From: Bacteroidales bacterium UBA5507
GTDB lineage: Bacteria; Bacteroidota; Bacteroidia; Bacteroidales; Lentimicrobiaceae
DNA length: 64,000 bases
Assembly (NCBI GenBank): GCA_002426195.1
Contig: DIOT01000013.1
Coordinates: 55,938 to 119,937 of the forward strand
Direction: 5' to 3'
Below are positions 20,190 through 28,994 of this stretch, one piece after another (positions within the stretch are counted from its first letter, which is position 1; each line of letters opens with the position of its first letter). The position numbers were made by a program, and so were the translations under genes. The notes under the pieces were generated by a model. It was not told the origin of the DNA. It searched no databases and saw only the letters and a list, made by a program, of their open reading frames with translations.

Positions 20190-21293
20190 TCAGGCCGTTT
20201 TTTTTCTGCTTTTAAATTTAATGAGTTTCCTTCCCAAATAAACTCTTCGCAGCCAGAAAGGCAATACAATCGCTCCTAATATTAAGTATGGATAGTATGT
20301 GAGCAATCTCCATGATAAAGCAACAAGAGATGTGAGATCGTTTTGGGCACCTGCAATAAATTCTCTCAGGAACAATGGAAATAAAAATTCAGCTATTCCG
20401 CTACCCCCGGGAGTTGGGCTAATCAGCATCACAATCCACATCATAAGTTGTCGCGCAAGAATGAGCATATGATCGGCAATCCCTAACGGATTTGTAAATC
20501 CGATTATCAGAAAATTAACAACCAGGAAGCGTGCTAACCATGATATGCCGGTTGAAGCAAATGCTTTGAGCCAGAATCCCAAACTCTTTCTCCTGAAATT
20601 GGCAGAAGACTCCATAATCTGGTTTCCTGTGTTTTCTGCAGAATCCCTGAAGCGTCTTAACATTCTTATACCTGTGATCCTGAGAAGTATCCACTTTAAT
20701 CCCTTTGGATTGATAAATACTCCATAGGCAAGAATTGAAGTAATCAGGACTATGATAAAATAACCTATAAGTGTAATTTGCAGAGCTCCAAACTTAATTC
20801 CCAGCACCTGAAAAGTTGTACCATCAATTGAAAGGCGCTCAACGCCTGCTAAAATAAATGCTAAGGGCAGTAAGACAATATAAAACAACTCATCCAGTAA
20901 CGCTGTTACCATTACAACCGCGGTTGCTTTACCAGTACCCAATTTTTCCTTAGTCAGTATGAAAATGGCAACAGCAGCTCCTCCAACCGTTGATGGTGTA
21001 ACACTCGATGCAAATTCCCAGAGAAATATTACCTGAAAAGATTTACGCCATGACAATTCCTTACCTGTCAAAAGTCTTATCCTGTACATATACCCCAAAT
21101 CTCTCAGGGCTACCATTAAGATGGCCAGAGCAAAACACAATATTGATCCCCAGGTTATTCGCACAGAACTAAGATCGCCCTTTGATAAATCGCCAAGCAT
21201 CATATATGCGATTACGGCCAGGCCAATTACGACCGGAATTATGATGTTTCTGAAACTAAATATTTTTAAAATGGTCCTATGCTGACTTCCCAT
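20190..21293 (-). CDS. Lysylphosphatidylglycerol-synthase TM-region / flippase-like membrane protein (UPF0104)
   Basis: VTPSTVGG, SPTPGGSGIAE, WRLLTYY motifs and about 8 TM segments. Confidence 0.85.
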   Translation of the reverse strand: MGSQHRTILKIFSFRNIIIPVVIGLAVIAYMMLGDLSKGDLSSVRITWGSILCFALAILMVALRDLGYMYRIRLLTGKELSWRKSFQVIFLWEFASSVTPSTVGGAAVAIFILTKEKLGTGKATAVVMVTALLDELFYIVLLPLAFILAGVERLSIDGTTFQVLGIKFGALQITLIGYFIIVLITSILAYGVFINPKGLKWILLRITGIRMLRRFRDSAENTGNQIMESSANFRRKSLGFWLKAFASTGISWLARFLVVNFLIIGFTNPLGIADHMLILARQLMMWIVMLISPTPGGSGIAEFLFPLFLREFIAGAQNDLTSLVALSWRLLTYYPYLILGAIVLPFWLRRVYLGRKLIKFKSRKKTA

Positions 21294-21431
21294 GATTTAA
21301 ACTTAACTATAATTAATTGCATTTAAAGGAAAAAGTTGTTAAATCAGCCATATTGTCCGCTTTTTTTAAATTTTTAATTTTAACCGGTCATTTTGTCCGA
21401 TATTTCCAGCATTTTACCATTAAAAACCTGT

Positions 21432-21446
21432 TGGCATATAAATTGA
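21432..21446 (+). promoter_or_regulatory. Putative sigma54 -24/-12 promoter of hsp20
   Basis: TGGCATATAAATTGA has the spacing of TGGCACG-N4-TTGC, with GA instead of GC at -12. Confidence 0.6.
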
Positions 21447-21502
21447 AATAATGATGTAAAACGAACAAAAAAAATAAAGAAAATAAAAAGGAGGATAAAA
21501 CT

Positions 21503-21904
21503 ATGAATATGGTAAGATTTAATCAACCGACATTAAGCATGCTTGACCAGTTCTTTGGAAATGCTTTACGTGAAACTGAAAGAAGCAGTCATGCAGCAAA
21601 TATTTACGATACAGATAATTCATTTGTCATTGAAATGGCTGTACCGGGATTTTCAAAAGATGATATCAAAATCAATCTTGAGCAGCAGACACTTAATATT
21701 TCTGCTGAAGCAAAATCATCAGAAGTTGCTGATGACAAATGGTTGAGACAGGAATTCTCATACCGCAATCTTCAAAGAAGCTTCATATTGCCTAAAACAG
21801 TTGATGTCGACAATATCAGTGCCGATTATCAGAATGGTATGCTGAAAGTTATATTGCCACGCAAAGCTGATGCAGTTATAAAGAAAGAGATTGCAATTAG
21901 CTAA
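21503..21904 (+). CDS. Hsp20/alpha-crystallin small heat-shock protein
   Basis: ANIYDT, MAVPGFSKDDI, QEFSY..RSFILP, ADYQNGMLKVILP. Confidence 0.93.
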   Translation: MNMVRFNQPTLSMLDQFFGNALRETERSSHAANIYDTDNSFVIEMAVPGFSKDDIKINLEQQTLNISAEAKSSEVADDKWLRQEFSYRNLQRSFILPKTVDVDNISADYQNGMLKVILPRKADAVIKKEIAIS

Positions 21905-21925
21905 TTCAACCAAAATAAATTCAGT

Positions 21926-21960
21926 AAAAGGGAAATCGCAAGGTTTCCCTTTTTGTTTTT
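21926..21960 (+). terminator. Intrinsic terminator of hsp20
   Basis: Stem-loop aaaagggaaat-cgcaag-gtttccctttt followed by a T tract. Confidence 0.85.
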
Positions 21961-21978
21961 AGGGTAGTTAAAGTGGTA

Positions 21979-22033
21979 TCATCTCTACCTCATCTCTAGG
22001 TCATCTCTCAGTCATCTCTCGGTCAACTCTAGG
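21979..22033. repeat. Intergenic tandem array of five 11-bp units (consensus TCATCTCTagg)
   Basis: Units tcatctctacc, tcatctctagg, tcatctctcag, tcatctctcgg, tcaactctagg, plus a decayed sixth unit ttatacccaga. Confidence 0.9.
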
Positions 22034-22186
22034 TTATACCCAGATTTGGTATATTCTTGAATCATGCTTAACTATGACTTAATATCAATCAATTATTGAC
22101 TAGCATAACTAAACATTATTTAACTTTCACAGAAAATGATCTTTTTCTTAATAATGGCAACTTAGACTTGAAATGAAATAATTCTG

Positions 22187-22194
22187 TATATTTG
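22187..22194 (+). promoter_or_regulatory. -7 box (TATATTTG) for the TPR-LuxR gene
   Basis: Exact TAnnTTTG upstream of the regulator. Confidence 0.55.
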
Positions 22195-22280
22195 ATTGCC
22201 GGTTCTAAAAACACTACGCCATAAACAGAAAAGGTTACCATATTGTACTACTCAGTCTAGTCTTAACATGCCTGGTTTGC

Positions 22281-24014
22281 ATGATTCCCTTGGTTACTGT
22301 TGCTTTTGGGGGCCTCTCTAAAAAGCCGGTTAATCCGATAAAGGGCTCATCCCCTACCAGTGATTCTCTTAGAAGAATATTACGAAGTAACTCCACTGAT
22401 TCTACAATAATCCTTACCCATTATAGATTAGGCCAGGAATTCCTGAGCCATCACAACCATGATTCAGCTCTGTTTTACCTCAATAGAGCCGTTGAATTGT
22501 CAGAAAAACAAAACGACAAAATTCTGACGATGAAAGTGTATTCGGCCATGATAGATTTCTTTTTTAACAGCAAGAATTTCAGTCTGGCTCTCGAATACAA
22601 CTTCCGACTTCTAAAACATATTGATGAAGCATATCTTGAGAAAAACCCCGACTCACTCATCTTTAAAAATCTTTATTCACAATTATACTCCCAAATTGGA
22701 CTCTGCTACTTTAATATTGAGAATCCCGATATGGCACTAGCCTATTTTAACAAGGGACTGACTGCTGCAGAAGAGCGATATAAGGAAGATCCTTCAATGT
22801 TGAATCTTGAAAGAAAATTCGTCAATCTCCTAAATGTGGGAGGTGTTTATACTCAGAAAAAGCAGTTTTATCAGGCAAGGAAATGTTTTGAAAAGGCTAT
22901 TGAATTGAATCACACACTCGACAACCTTTCATTTTATGCCGCAGTCTATAATAATCTGGGAATAATTTACAAAGAAGAAAAAAACTACAAAAAATCGTTT
23001 GAGTACTACAATCGTTCGCTTGAGATCAGGGAACAATTAAAAGACTCAGCAGGAATGGCTCAGGTTCTGAATAATCTGGGAGAGTACTATTATATTGACA
23101 AGGATTTCAGGAATGCCATCACATCGTTAAATAAATCTATAAATTATTCCAGGCAAACCGGCACACTACGATCGGAAATGCTTGCATACCAATTCCTTAC
23201 TGAAACCTATGAAAAAATGGGTGATTATAGGAAGGCACTTGAATCACATAAAACCTTTAAACTCTTATACGACAGCATTACAGGAAGTGATCAAACTGCA
23301 AATGCAGCACGGCTTGAGGTTCAGTATCAGTATGAGAAGCAAAAAAAAGAAAGTGAGCTTCAGCAGGAGATTGAACTGGCAAGAAAAGAAAGGCAAAACT
23401 TAATCATCCTGATAATAGCGGCTGTTTTATTGATGCTGTTTGTGATAGCCTTGCTACTCATGAGGAATCAGAAAATACAGATACGACAGAATGAGCTTTC
23501 GCGGAAAAGCCTTGAACTTGAAAGTAAGAACCTTGCACTCGAAAAGCAAAACCTGCTTCTTGAGAATGAGAAACTGGAACTTGAACTTGATATGAAGAAA
23601 AAGGAACTTACTACGCAGGTAATGTATCTAATGCAGAAAAACGAGTTCATGGCGAGTATTCTCAAAGAAATACAGGATCTCAGATCTTCGGTTGATCAAA
23701 AAAGCTTGGCCCGTCTTCAATCGATAGTTCGTGATATGAAATCGAATATTGATACGAAAGTCTGGGATGAATTTGAGGTGAGATTCCAACAAGTGCATCA
23801 GGACTTCTATGACAAGCTTAACGAACTACATCCTGATCTTACACCGAATGAAGTCAAATTATGTGCGTTCTTAAGATTAAACATGACCACAAAAGACATT
23901 TCTGCAATAACATATCAGTCGGCTAAAAGCATTCAGGTGGCGCGTGCTCGTTTGAGAAAAAAGATTGAGATTGAACGGGACGAAAATCTTGTATCCTACC
24001 TAAGACAATTATAG
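22281..24014 (+). CDS. Membrane-anchored TPR-repeat / LuxR(GerE)-type HTH one-component regulator
   Basis: Multiple TPRs (YNNLGIIY, LNNLGEYY), a TM helix LIILIIAAVLLMLFVIALLLM, a coiled coil, and C-terminal HPDLTPNEVKLCAFLRLNMTTKDIS...ARARLRKK. True start may be upstream (see findings). Confidence 0.88.
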   Translation: MIPLVTVAFGGLSKKPVNPIKGSSPTSDSLRRILRSNSTDSTIILTHYRLGQEFLSHHNHDSALFYLNRAVELSEKQNDKILTMKVYSAMIDFFFNSKNFSLALEYNFRLLKHIDEAYLEKNPDSLIFKNLYSQLYSQIGLCYFNIENPDMALAYFNKGLTAAEERYKEDPSMLNLERKFVNLLNVGGVYTQKKQFYQARKCFEKAIELNHTLDNLSFYAAVYNNLGIIYKEEKNYKKSFEYYNRSLEIREQLKDSAGMAQVLNNLGEYYYIDKDFRNAITSLNKSINYSRQTGTLRSEMLAYQFLTETYEKMGDYRKALESHKTFKLLYDSITGSDQTANAARLEVQYQYEKQKKESELQQEIELARKERQNLIILIIAAVLLMLFVIALLLMRNQKIQIRQNELSRKSLELESKNLALEKQNLLLENEKLELELDMKKKELTTQVMYLMQKNEFMASILKEIQDLRSSVDQKSLARLQSIVRDMKSNIDTKVWDEFEVRFQQVHQDFYDKLNELHPDLTPNEVKLCAFLRLNMTTKDISAITYQSAKSIQVARARLRKKIEIERDENLVSYLRQL

Positions 24015-24148
24015 TCAATGGCTTACCATTGGTTGTAGCAAAATTGTTCCCATCGTATTATTCATCTGTAGCCCTTTTATTCCTGAATTAATTTGCTTCA
24101 GTCTCCTCTGAAGGTGACTTTTGCGTCAAGATTTTTCAAATACAGGAA

Positions 24149-24334
24149 ATGACACAAAAAAGGCGATCATGTAGTAAAAAAATAGAGAGTTGCACGGAGG
24201 ATGAATTACTCGAGCAAATTGCTTCAGAAAATGAAGCACTTCAAAAGCTGCTTGAAATAGTGAATGAAGGATCAGAAGAAAAGGAGTCGAAATCAAATAT
24301 TAACCAAACTAAAAAAAATGCAAACAATTACTAA
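24149..24334 (+). CDS. Possible small helical protein upstream of the T9SS cargo
   Basis: ATG start, 61 aa, amphipathic acidic helix EDELLEQIASENEALQKLLEIV. Overlaps the next start by 17 nt. Confidence 0.4.
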   Translation: MTQKRRSCSKKIESCTEDELLEQIASENEALQKLLEIVNEGSEEKESKSNINQTKKNANNY

Positions 24335-27300
24335 GAAAATTGCACTTGCTTTTTGCATGGCAGTGCTCTTATTGAAAGGCTATGCAGGAGAGCCTGTTAC
24401 ACGGCAATTTCAGAATGATGAGCAAGCCCGGATAACTTCAGGCAAACTTATGAACACATTAAATGGAAATAGAAACGGTACTGCTTTCCACGAGCAAATG
24501 TTACCATTGTCAGGAAGTTCTAATATTAGTCATGATTTTACGGATGATTTGAATATACCAATGACAAGTTTTGCAGCCGATGATTTCGTCGTTCCTGATG
24601 GTGATACATGGACAGTTCATTATGTAAACTTCATCGGTACCTATTTTAGTTATACGAATATCGATGTCGACGCCTATAATATCTTTTTCTATGAAGATAA
24701 TGATGGACTACCGGGCGATCTTATTCAGGGCTATGAAAATATTACCCAGTATAATACAATATTAATTGATGAGATCGGACAGACAGAACTCATTGAAGCA
24801 ACACTTTCTACACCGGTTACTTTCACAGAGGGTCATTATTGGTTATCGGTTCAAGCTGTATCAGATGGATCTGTAACAGGTTTCTGGGGATGGGCTATTC
24901 ATCAAAACGATGCAACTCTGGAGAATGAATATGCATGGAAAAATCCTGGTGACGGATTTCAATATGGCTTTATTGACTGGACACCGGGTTCTATGATTTC
25001 TTTTGGCTCTCTTAATTTGGCTTTTGGTCTTTATGGAGAAGGTCAAAACAATGATTTAGCCATGTCATCAATTATTAATCCAACTACTGGTGGAAATCTT
25101 ACTGCATCTGAACAAGTTACAGTGAAAATAAAAAATGAAGGCACTACCACAGTTTCCGGTTTCAATGTAAGCTTCCAGGTTAACAATGGCTCAGTTGTAA
25201 CTGAAAACACAGGCTCTTTAGCTATTGAACCTAATAAATATGCTCAATACACCTTTACACAAACAGCCGACCTTTCAGCTTCAGGAGAATATCAGATCAC
25301 GGCTTTTTTAAATAATTCCAATGACCCTGTTAATGGAAACGATACAACTTCAACTTCAGTTTTTAACTTAGGTGAAGTTTACATTATGCCTGCAACCGGA
25401 ACACAGGAAATTACAACTTGCGGAGCAAGCTGGACTGATTCAGGTGGATTAAATGGAAATATAGGGATGAATGATGATGCTGTTACAACTATTTATCCCG
25501 CTAATGCAGGTGATAGGATTCGCCTGTCCTTCCTTGAGTTTGATGCAAGTTATGGCGGATTCCTGATTTATAATGGAACATCAATTGATGCACCTCTTAT
25601 TGGAGAATATTCAGGAACTACCAGTCCCGGAATCGTCGAAGCTTTAAATGACGACGGAGCTTTAACAATACACTTTATGGGACCCGGATGGGAAGAAACT
25701 ACCGGTTGGGTTGCCTATATTTCTTGTGTTACTCCTTTAGCTAATGACTTTGCCATGCTTAGCTTCTCAGGAGACCTGCTTACTGTTTTTGAAGGAAACA
25801 CCATGCAATTAAATGCACATGTAAGAAACCTTGGTAGTACAGTTCAAAATCCTACTGTTACTTTTAGTGTAAATGGAGCTTCAATTGGATCATTCCCGGT
25901 AGGCAATCTTAATCCATATGACACTATCACTCTTTCGACTTCCTATACTTTTAACACTCCCGGTGAGTATCTATTAAATGCCACACTTTCTGAGGACCTT
26001 GATAATTCAAACAATTCAATCTCATTCAGTAGAACAGCGTATGCATTTGATGCTTTCTTTGAAGATTTTGAGCTTGGTGAGTTTCCTCCTGCCGACTGGT
26101 CGAGTGGAGGTCAATGGGCGAGAAGTGATTATAGCGCTTATAGTGGATTGTCATGTGCAGAAATTATGATATCTTCCGGTTTTAGTGATACATTGGTTAC
26201 AAGCAGGGTTGACATCGATGCTGACGCCAGTTTAGCTTTCTATGCAAGCTCAAGTCTTTGGTGGCCCGGTGCATTGGATATTCTCTTCTTCGATGAAGAC
26301 GATAACACATGGCACTTTGTTGAAACACCAATTTTACCTGCAAATACATATGGCAATTTCAATATTGACATGTCACAATTTGTTGGTAAAACAGGAAGAA
26401 TTGGTTTCCGCGCATATATTTCCGATCCTTTTGCATGGTCAGGTTTGATAGATCTCGACCTGATTATTGGCAATAACATCACAGCTCATTATGACGATTA
26501 TGATCTTAGTGTAAGGTCATTAACCGGACCATTCTTCTTTTATGCAAACCAACCAACTGAATATACAGTAAAAGTTAACAATTTGGGCTTAAATACAATA
26601 GCCGAAGGTGTTTACAATGTTCAAATAATTCAAGAAGGAACTGATGAAATACTTGCCTCAATACCAGGTCAGGAAATAGACCGTGACCAGGAGATAATTT
26701 ATAATATTCCGGTTAATTATACCGAAGTTGGTGCCTTCAACATTTACGGAAAAATAGATTTTTCCGACTATTATCTGATAAACAATACAACGGCTCCAAT
26801 GGCAGTTGCCGGTCTGGCCGATAATTCAGAAGTAACAGAATCATGTAATGAGGAGGCTCTTTCATATCAGCCATTCAATCTCTATTATAATTATAGCCTG
26901 ATGGAAAGTGTTTACACACCTGATATAATAGGAGAAACCGGTCCAATATTTGGCATGGCACTGGAGTACACTTTAAATAAAAATGCTGAAACTCCGGTAA
27001 GAATATGGATTGACACTACAACAATGACTGAGCTTACTGATTTTATACCTTCAACTAACATGACACTGGTATATTCAGGAGATCTGCAGTACATAAAAGG
27101 TGCCGGTAATTTAGTATACATCCCATTTAATACACCTTTCTATTACGATGGAACTACCAACGTAGTTATATTATTCGAAAAAGCCGGAACAGGTATTTTC
27201 ACCAATACCAATTTTAAATCCTCAATTATGCAGGGCAATACCAGCATGGTCTATGAATCGGACACTCCAACCGATCCTGAGAATCCGGAATGGGGATTTA

Positions 27301-28874
27301 CAACAAACATTAATCCATGTCTGAAACTCGTATTTAATGATTATACCGGAACAGCGTCAGGAAACATATCTGATCTTAACGGAGCATCATTAGAAGATGT
27401 TGCTGTTGTGGTTGAGCCTTTGAATATAATTACTTATACCGATGAACAGGGAAGTTATACATTGCCATACATTCCTGCAGGAAGCTACAGTACAAAAGCT
27501 TCGAAATTCGGATACATTGATGAAACAAAAACCCTTACTGTTGCCTCATCACAGAACACCGTTCTTGATTTTGAATTAACAATGCTTGGTACTGCAATTG
27601 TTAACGGAACGATAGAAGGAAATGACCTGCCGGGAACAGGAATCGAGGGTGCTGAAATCAAACTTACCGGTTATTCAGAATATACTACAACATCCGACGC
27701 GTCAGGTGAATTTTCAATTCCCGGAGTCTATCTGAACAACGGTTATTTAATGACTATTACTGCCGAAGGTTATGAAGTGTATTCAGAAACAATTGACGTT
27801 AATGAAGATTTAAGCCTTGGTACAATAACTCTGACTGAAGCTATGAGCGTTGCCGGGGTAGTTACAGCTACTGAAAACTCAAACAACGAAATGGAAGTAT
27901 CATGGAATACTCCAACTACTTCAGCATTCGATGTTATTTCTTTTGATGATGGAATTCATTCTGATGGATATGCCGGTGAAGCAACTGAACAGGTTTGGCT
28001 GGGTAATTTCTTCCCATTCAATGAACCTGCTACAATCCTGAGTTTTGATGTGAAATTTGTAAGATATGGTATTAGCGAAGCCTTCACTACCAAACTTGGT
28101 ATTTTCAGCGGACAAGGTGAATTAATCTATGAAAGTGAAAACTTCCAGAGTAATATTAATGCAACTGTTAATGTTGATGTTCCTAACTTTACTTTAGAAG
28201 GAAACTATTATGTAATGCTTTACTATAATATTTCTGAAGCTCAGTCTGATTATCTGGCATTCGATTCTCTTTCGGTTACAACACCAAACTATGCAACTTA
28301 CTATTATGATGGCGGAGCATTTGATAAGCTGTCAAACCTCACAGGAGTTTCAGGAAGCTTCCTGATTCATGCAAATGTTGTTACAGATACTGATAGGTCG
28401 GTAAATACACTTCGCCAGGTACTGGATTATGAAGTAAGGTTTGGAAATCTCACTGACTTACAGAATGCAGACAACTGGCCATTGCTGGGTACTGTTAATC
28501 AGAATTCTTATACCGATCAGAACTGGCCTCCTGCAAGTATAGGTAAGTATTTATACTCGGTGAGAACAAATTATACAACCGGAGAATCTGATTTTTCATT
28601 CTCCAACCTGTTGAATTTCGATCCAACCAGTACACAGATGAACAAGTTAGCTAATGTGAAAATATATCCTAACCCTTCTACTGATTATATAATCATAGAA
28701 ACAGAGCCCGGCTCAGAGATGTTTATCTTCGATATGAGCGGACGATTGTTAGATCAAAAACGGATTCTAACAAGTAGTTACAAAGCTGACATGAGTCGCT
28801 TTGAAAAAGGAACATTAATGATGGTGATTGAGAATGAGGGAAGCATCCACACTGAAAAGGTGACCTTGAAGTAG
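24318..28874 (+). CDS. Large multidomain T9SS-secreted protein (CARDB-like, CUB-like, adhesin-like, carboxypeptidase-regulatory-like domains, type A CTD)
   Basis: Signal peptide MQTITKKIALAFCMAVLLLKGYA from ATG 24318, CUB-like TTCGASWTDSGG..GWVAYISC, and CTD IYPNPSTD..IFDMSGR..KVTLK. Confidence 0.85.
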   Translation: MQTITKKIALAFCMAVLLLKGYAGEPVTRQFQNDEQARITSGKLMNTLNGNRNGTAFHEQMLPLSGSSNISHDFTDDLNIPMTSFAADDFVVPDGDTWTVHYVNFIGTYFSYTNIDVDAYNIFFYEDNDGLPGDLIQGYENITQYNTILIDEIGQTELIEATLSTPVTFTEGHYWLSVQAVSDGSVTGFWGWAIHQNDATLENEYAWKNPGDGFQYGFIDWTPGSMISFGSLNLAFGLYGEGQNNDLAMSSIINPTTGGNLTASEQVTVKIKNEGTTTVSGFNVSFQVNNGSVVTENTGSLAIEPNKYAQYTFTQTADLSASGEYQITAFLNNSNDPVNGNDTTSTSVFNLGEVYIMPATGTQEITTCGASWTDSGGLNGNIGMNDDAVTTIYPANAGDRIRLSFLEFDASYGGFLIYNGTSIDAPLIGEYSGTTSPGIVEALNDDGALTIHFMGPGWEETTGWVAYISCVTPLANDFAMLSFSGDLLTVFEGNTMQLNAHVRNLGSTVQNPTVTFSVNGASIGSFPVGNLNPYDTITLSTSYTFNTPGEYLLNATLSEDLDNSNNSISFSRTAYAFDAFFEDFELGEFPPADWSSGGQWARSDYSAYSGLSCAEIMISSGFSDTLVTSRVDIDADASLAFYASSSLWWPGALDILFFDEDDNTWHFVETPILPANTYGNFNIDMSQFVGKTGRIGFRAYISDPFAWSGLIDLDLIIGNNITAHYDDYDLSVRSLTGPFFFYANQPTEYTVKVNNLGLNTIAEGVYNVQIIQEGTDEILASIPGQEIDRDQEIIYNIPVNYTEVGAFNIYGKIDFSDYYLINNTTAPMAVAGLADNSEVTESCNEEALSYQPFNLYYNYSLMESVYTPDIIGETGPIFGMALEYTLNKNAETPVRIWIDTTTMTELTDFIPSTNMTLVYSGDLQYIKGAGNLVYIPFNTPFYYDGTTNVVILFEKAGTGIFTNTNFKSSIMQGNTSMVYESDTPTDPENPEWGFTTNINPCLKLVFNDYTGTASGNISDLNGASLEDVAVVVEPLNIITYTDEQGSYTLPYIPAGSYSTKASKFGYIDETKTLTVASSQNTVLDFELTMLGTAIVNGTIEGNDLPGTGIEGAEIKLTGYSEYTTTSDASGEFSIPGVYLNNGYLMTITAEGYEVYSETIDVNEDLSLGTITLTEAMSVAGVVTATENSNNEMEVSWNTPTTSAFDVISFDDGIHSDGYAGEATEQVWLGNFFPFNEPATILSFDVKFVRYGISEAFTTKLGIFSGQGELIYESENFQSNINATVNVDVPNFTLEGNYYVMLYYNISEAQSDYLAFDSLSVTTPNYATYYYDGGAFDKLSNLTGVSGSFLIHANVVTDTDRSVNTLRQVLDYEVRFGNLTDLQNADNWPLLGTVNQNSYTDQNWPPASIGKYLYSVRTNYTTGESDFSFSNLLNFDPTSTQMNKLANVKIYPNPSTDYIIIETEPGSEMFIFDMSGRLLDQKRILTSSYKADMSRFEKGTLMMVIENEGSIHTEKVTLK

Positions 28875-28891
28875 TTAATTTTAGTGTAAGT

Positions 28892-28932
28892 AAGCAGGTG
28901 GGAGGGAACTTTTTGGTTCCCTTCTGCTTTTT
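28892..28932 (+). terminator. Probable intrinsic terminator
   Basis: aagcag..agggaac-tttttg-gttccct..ctgctt stem followed by a T tract, between convergent genes. Confidence 0.6.
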
Positions 28933-28994
28933 ATGCAACTCATAAATTTCAACCAGGGGAATCTCCTTACGGGGCTATACTGATTGGCAGGACT

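Noticed and set aside
21979-22044. Tandem repeats as a CRISPR array
   Set aside because: Units are 11 bp and contiguous, with no unique spacers, and there are no cas genes in the window.
24264-24317. ORF-track start of the 1536-aa protein at 24264
   Set aside because: The signal peptide begins at ATG 24318, which has an A-rich initiation region. The extra 18 codons overlap the small ORF.
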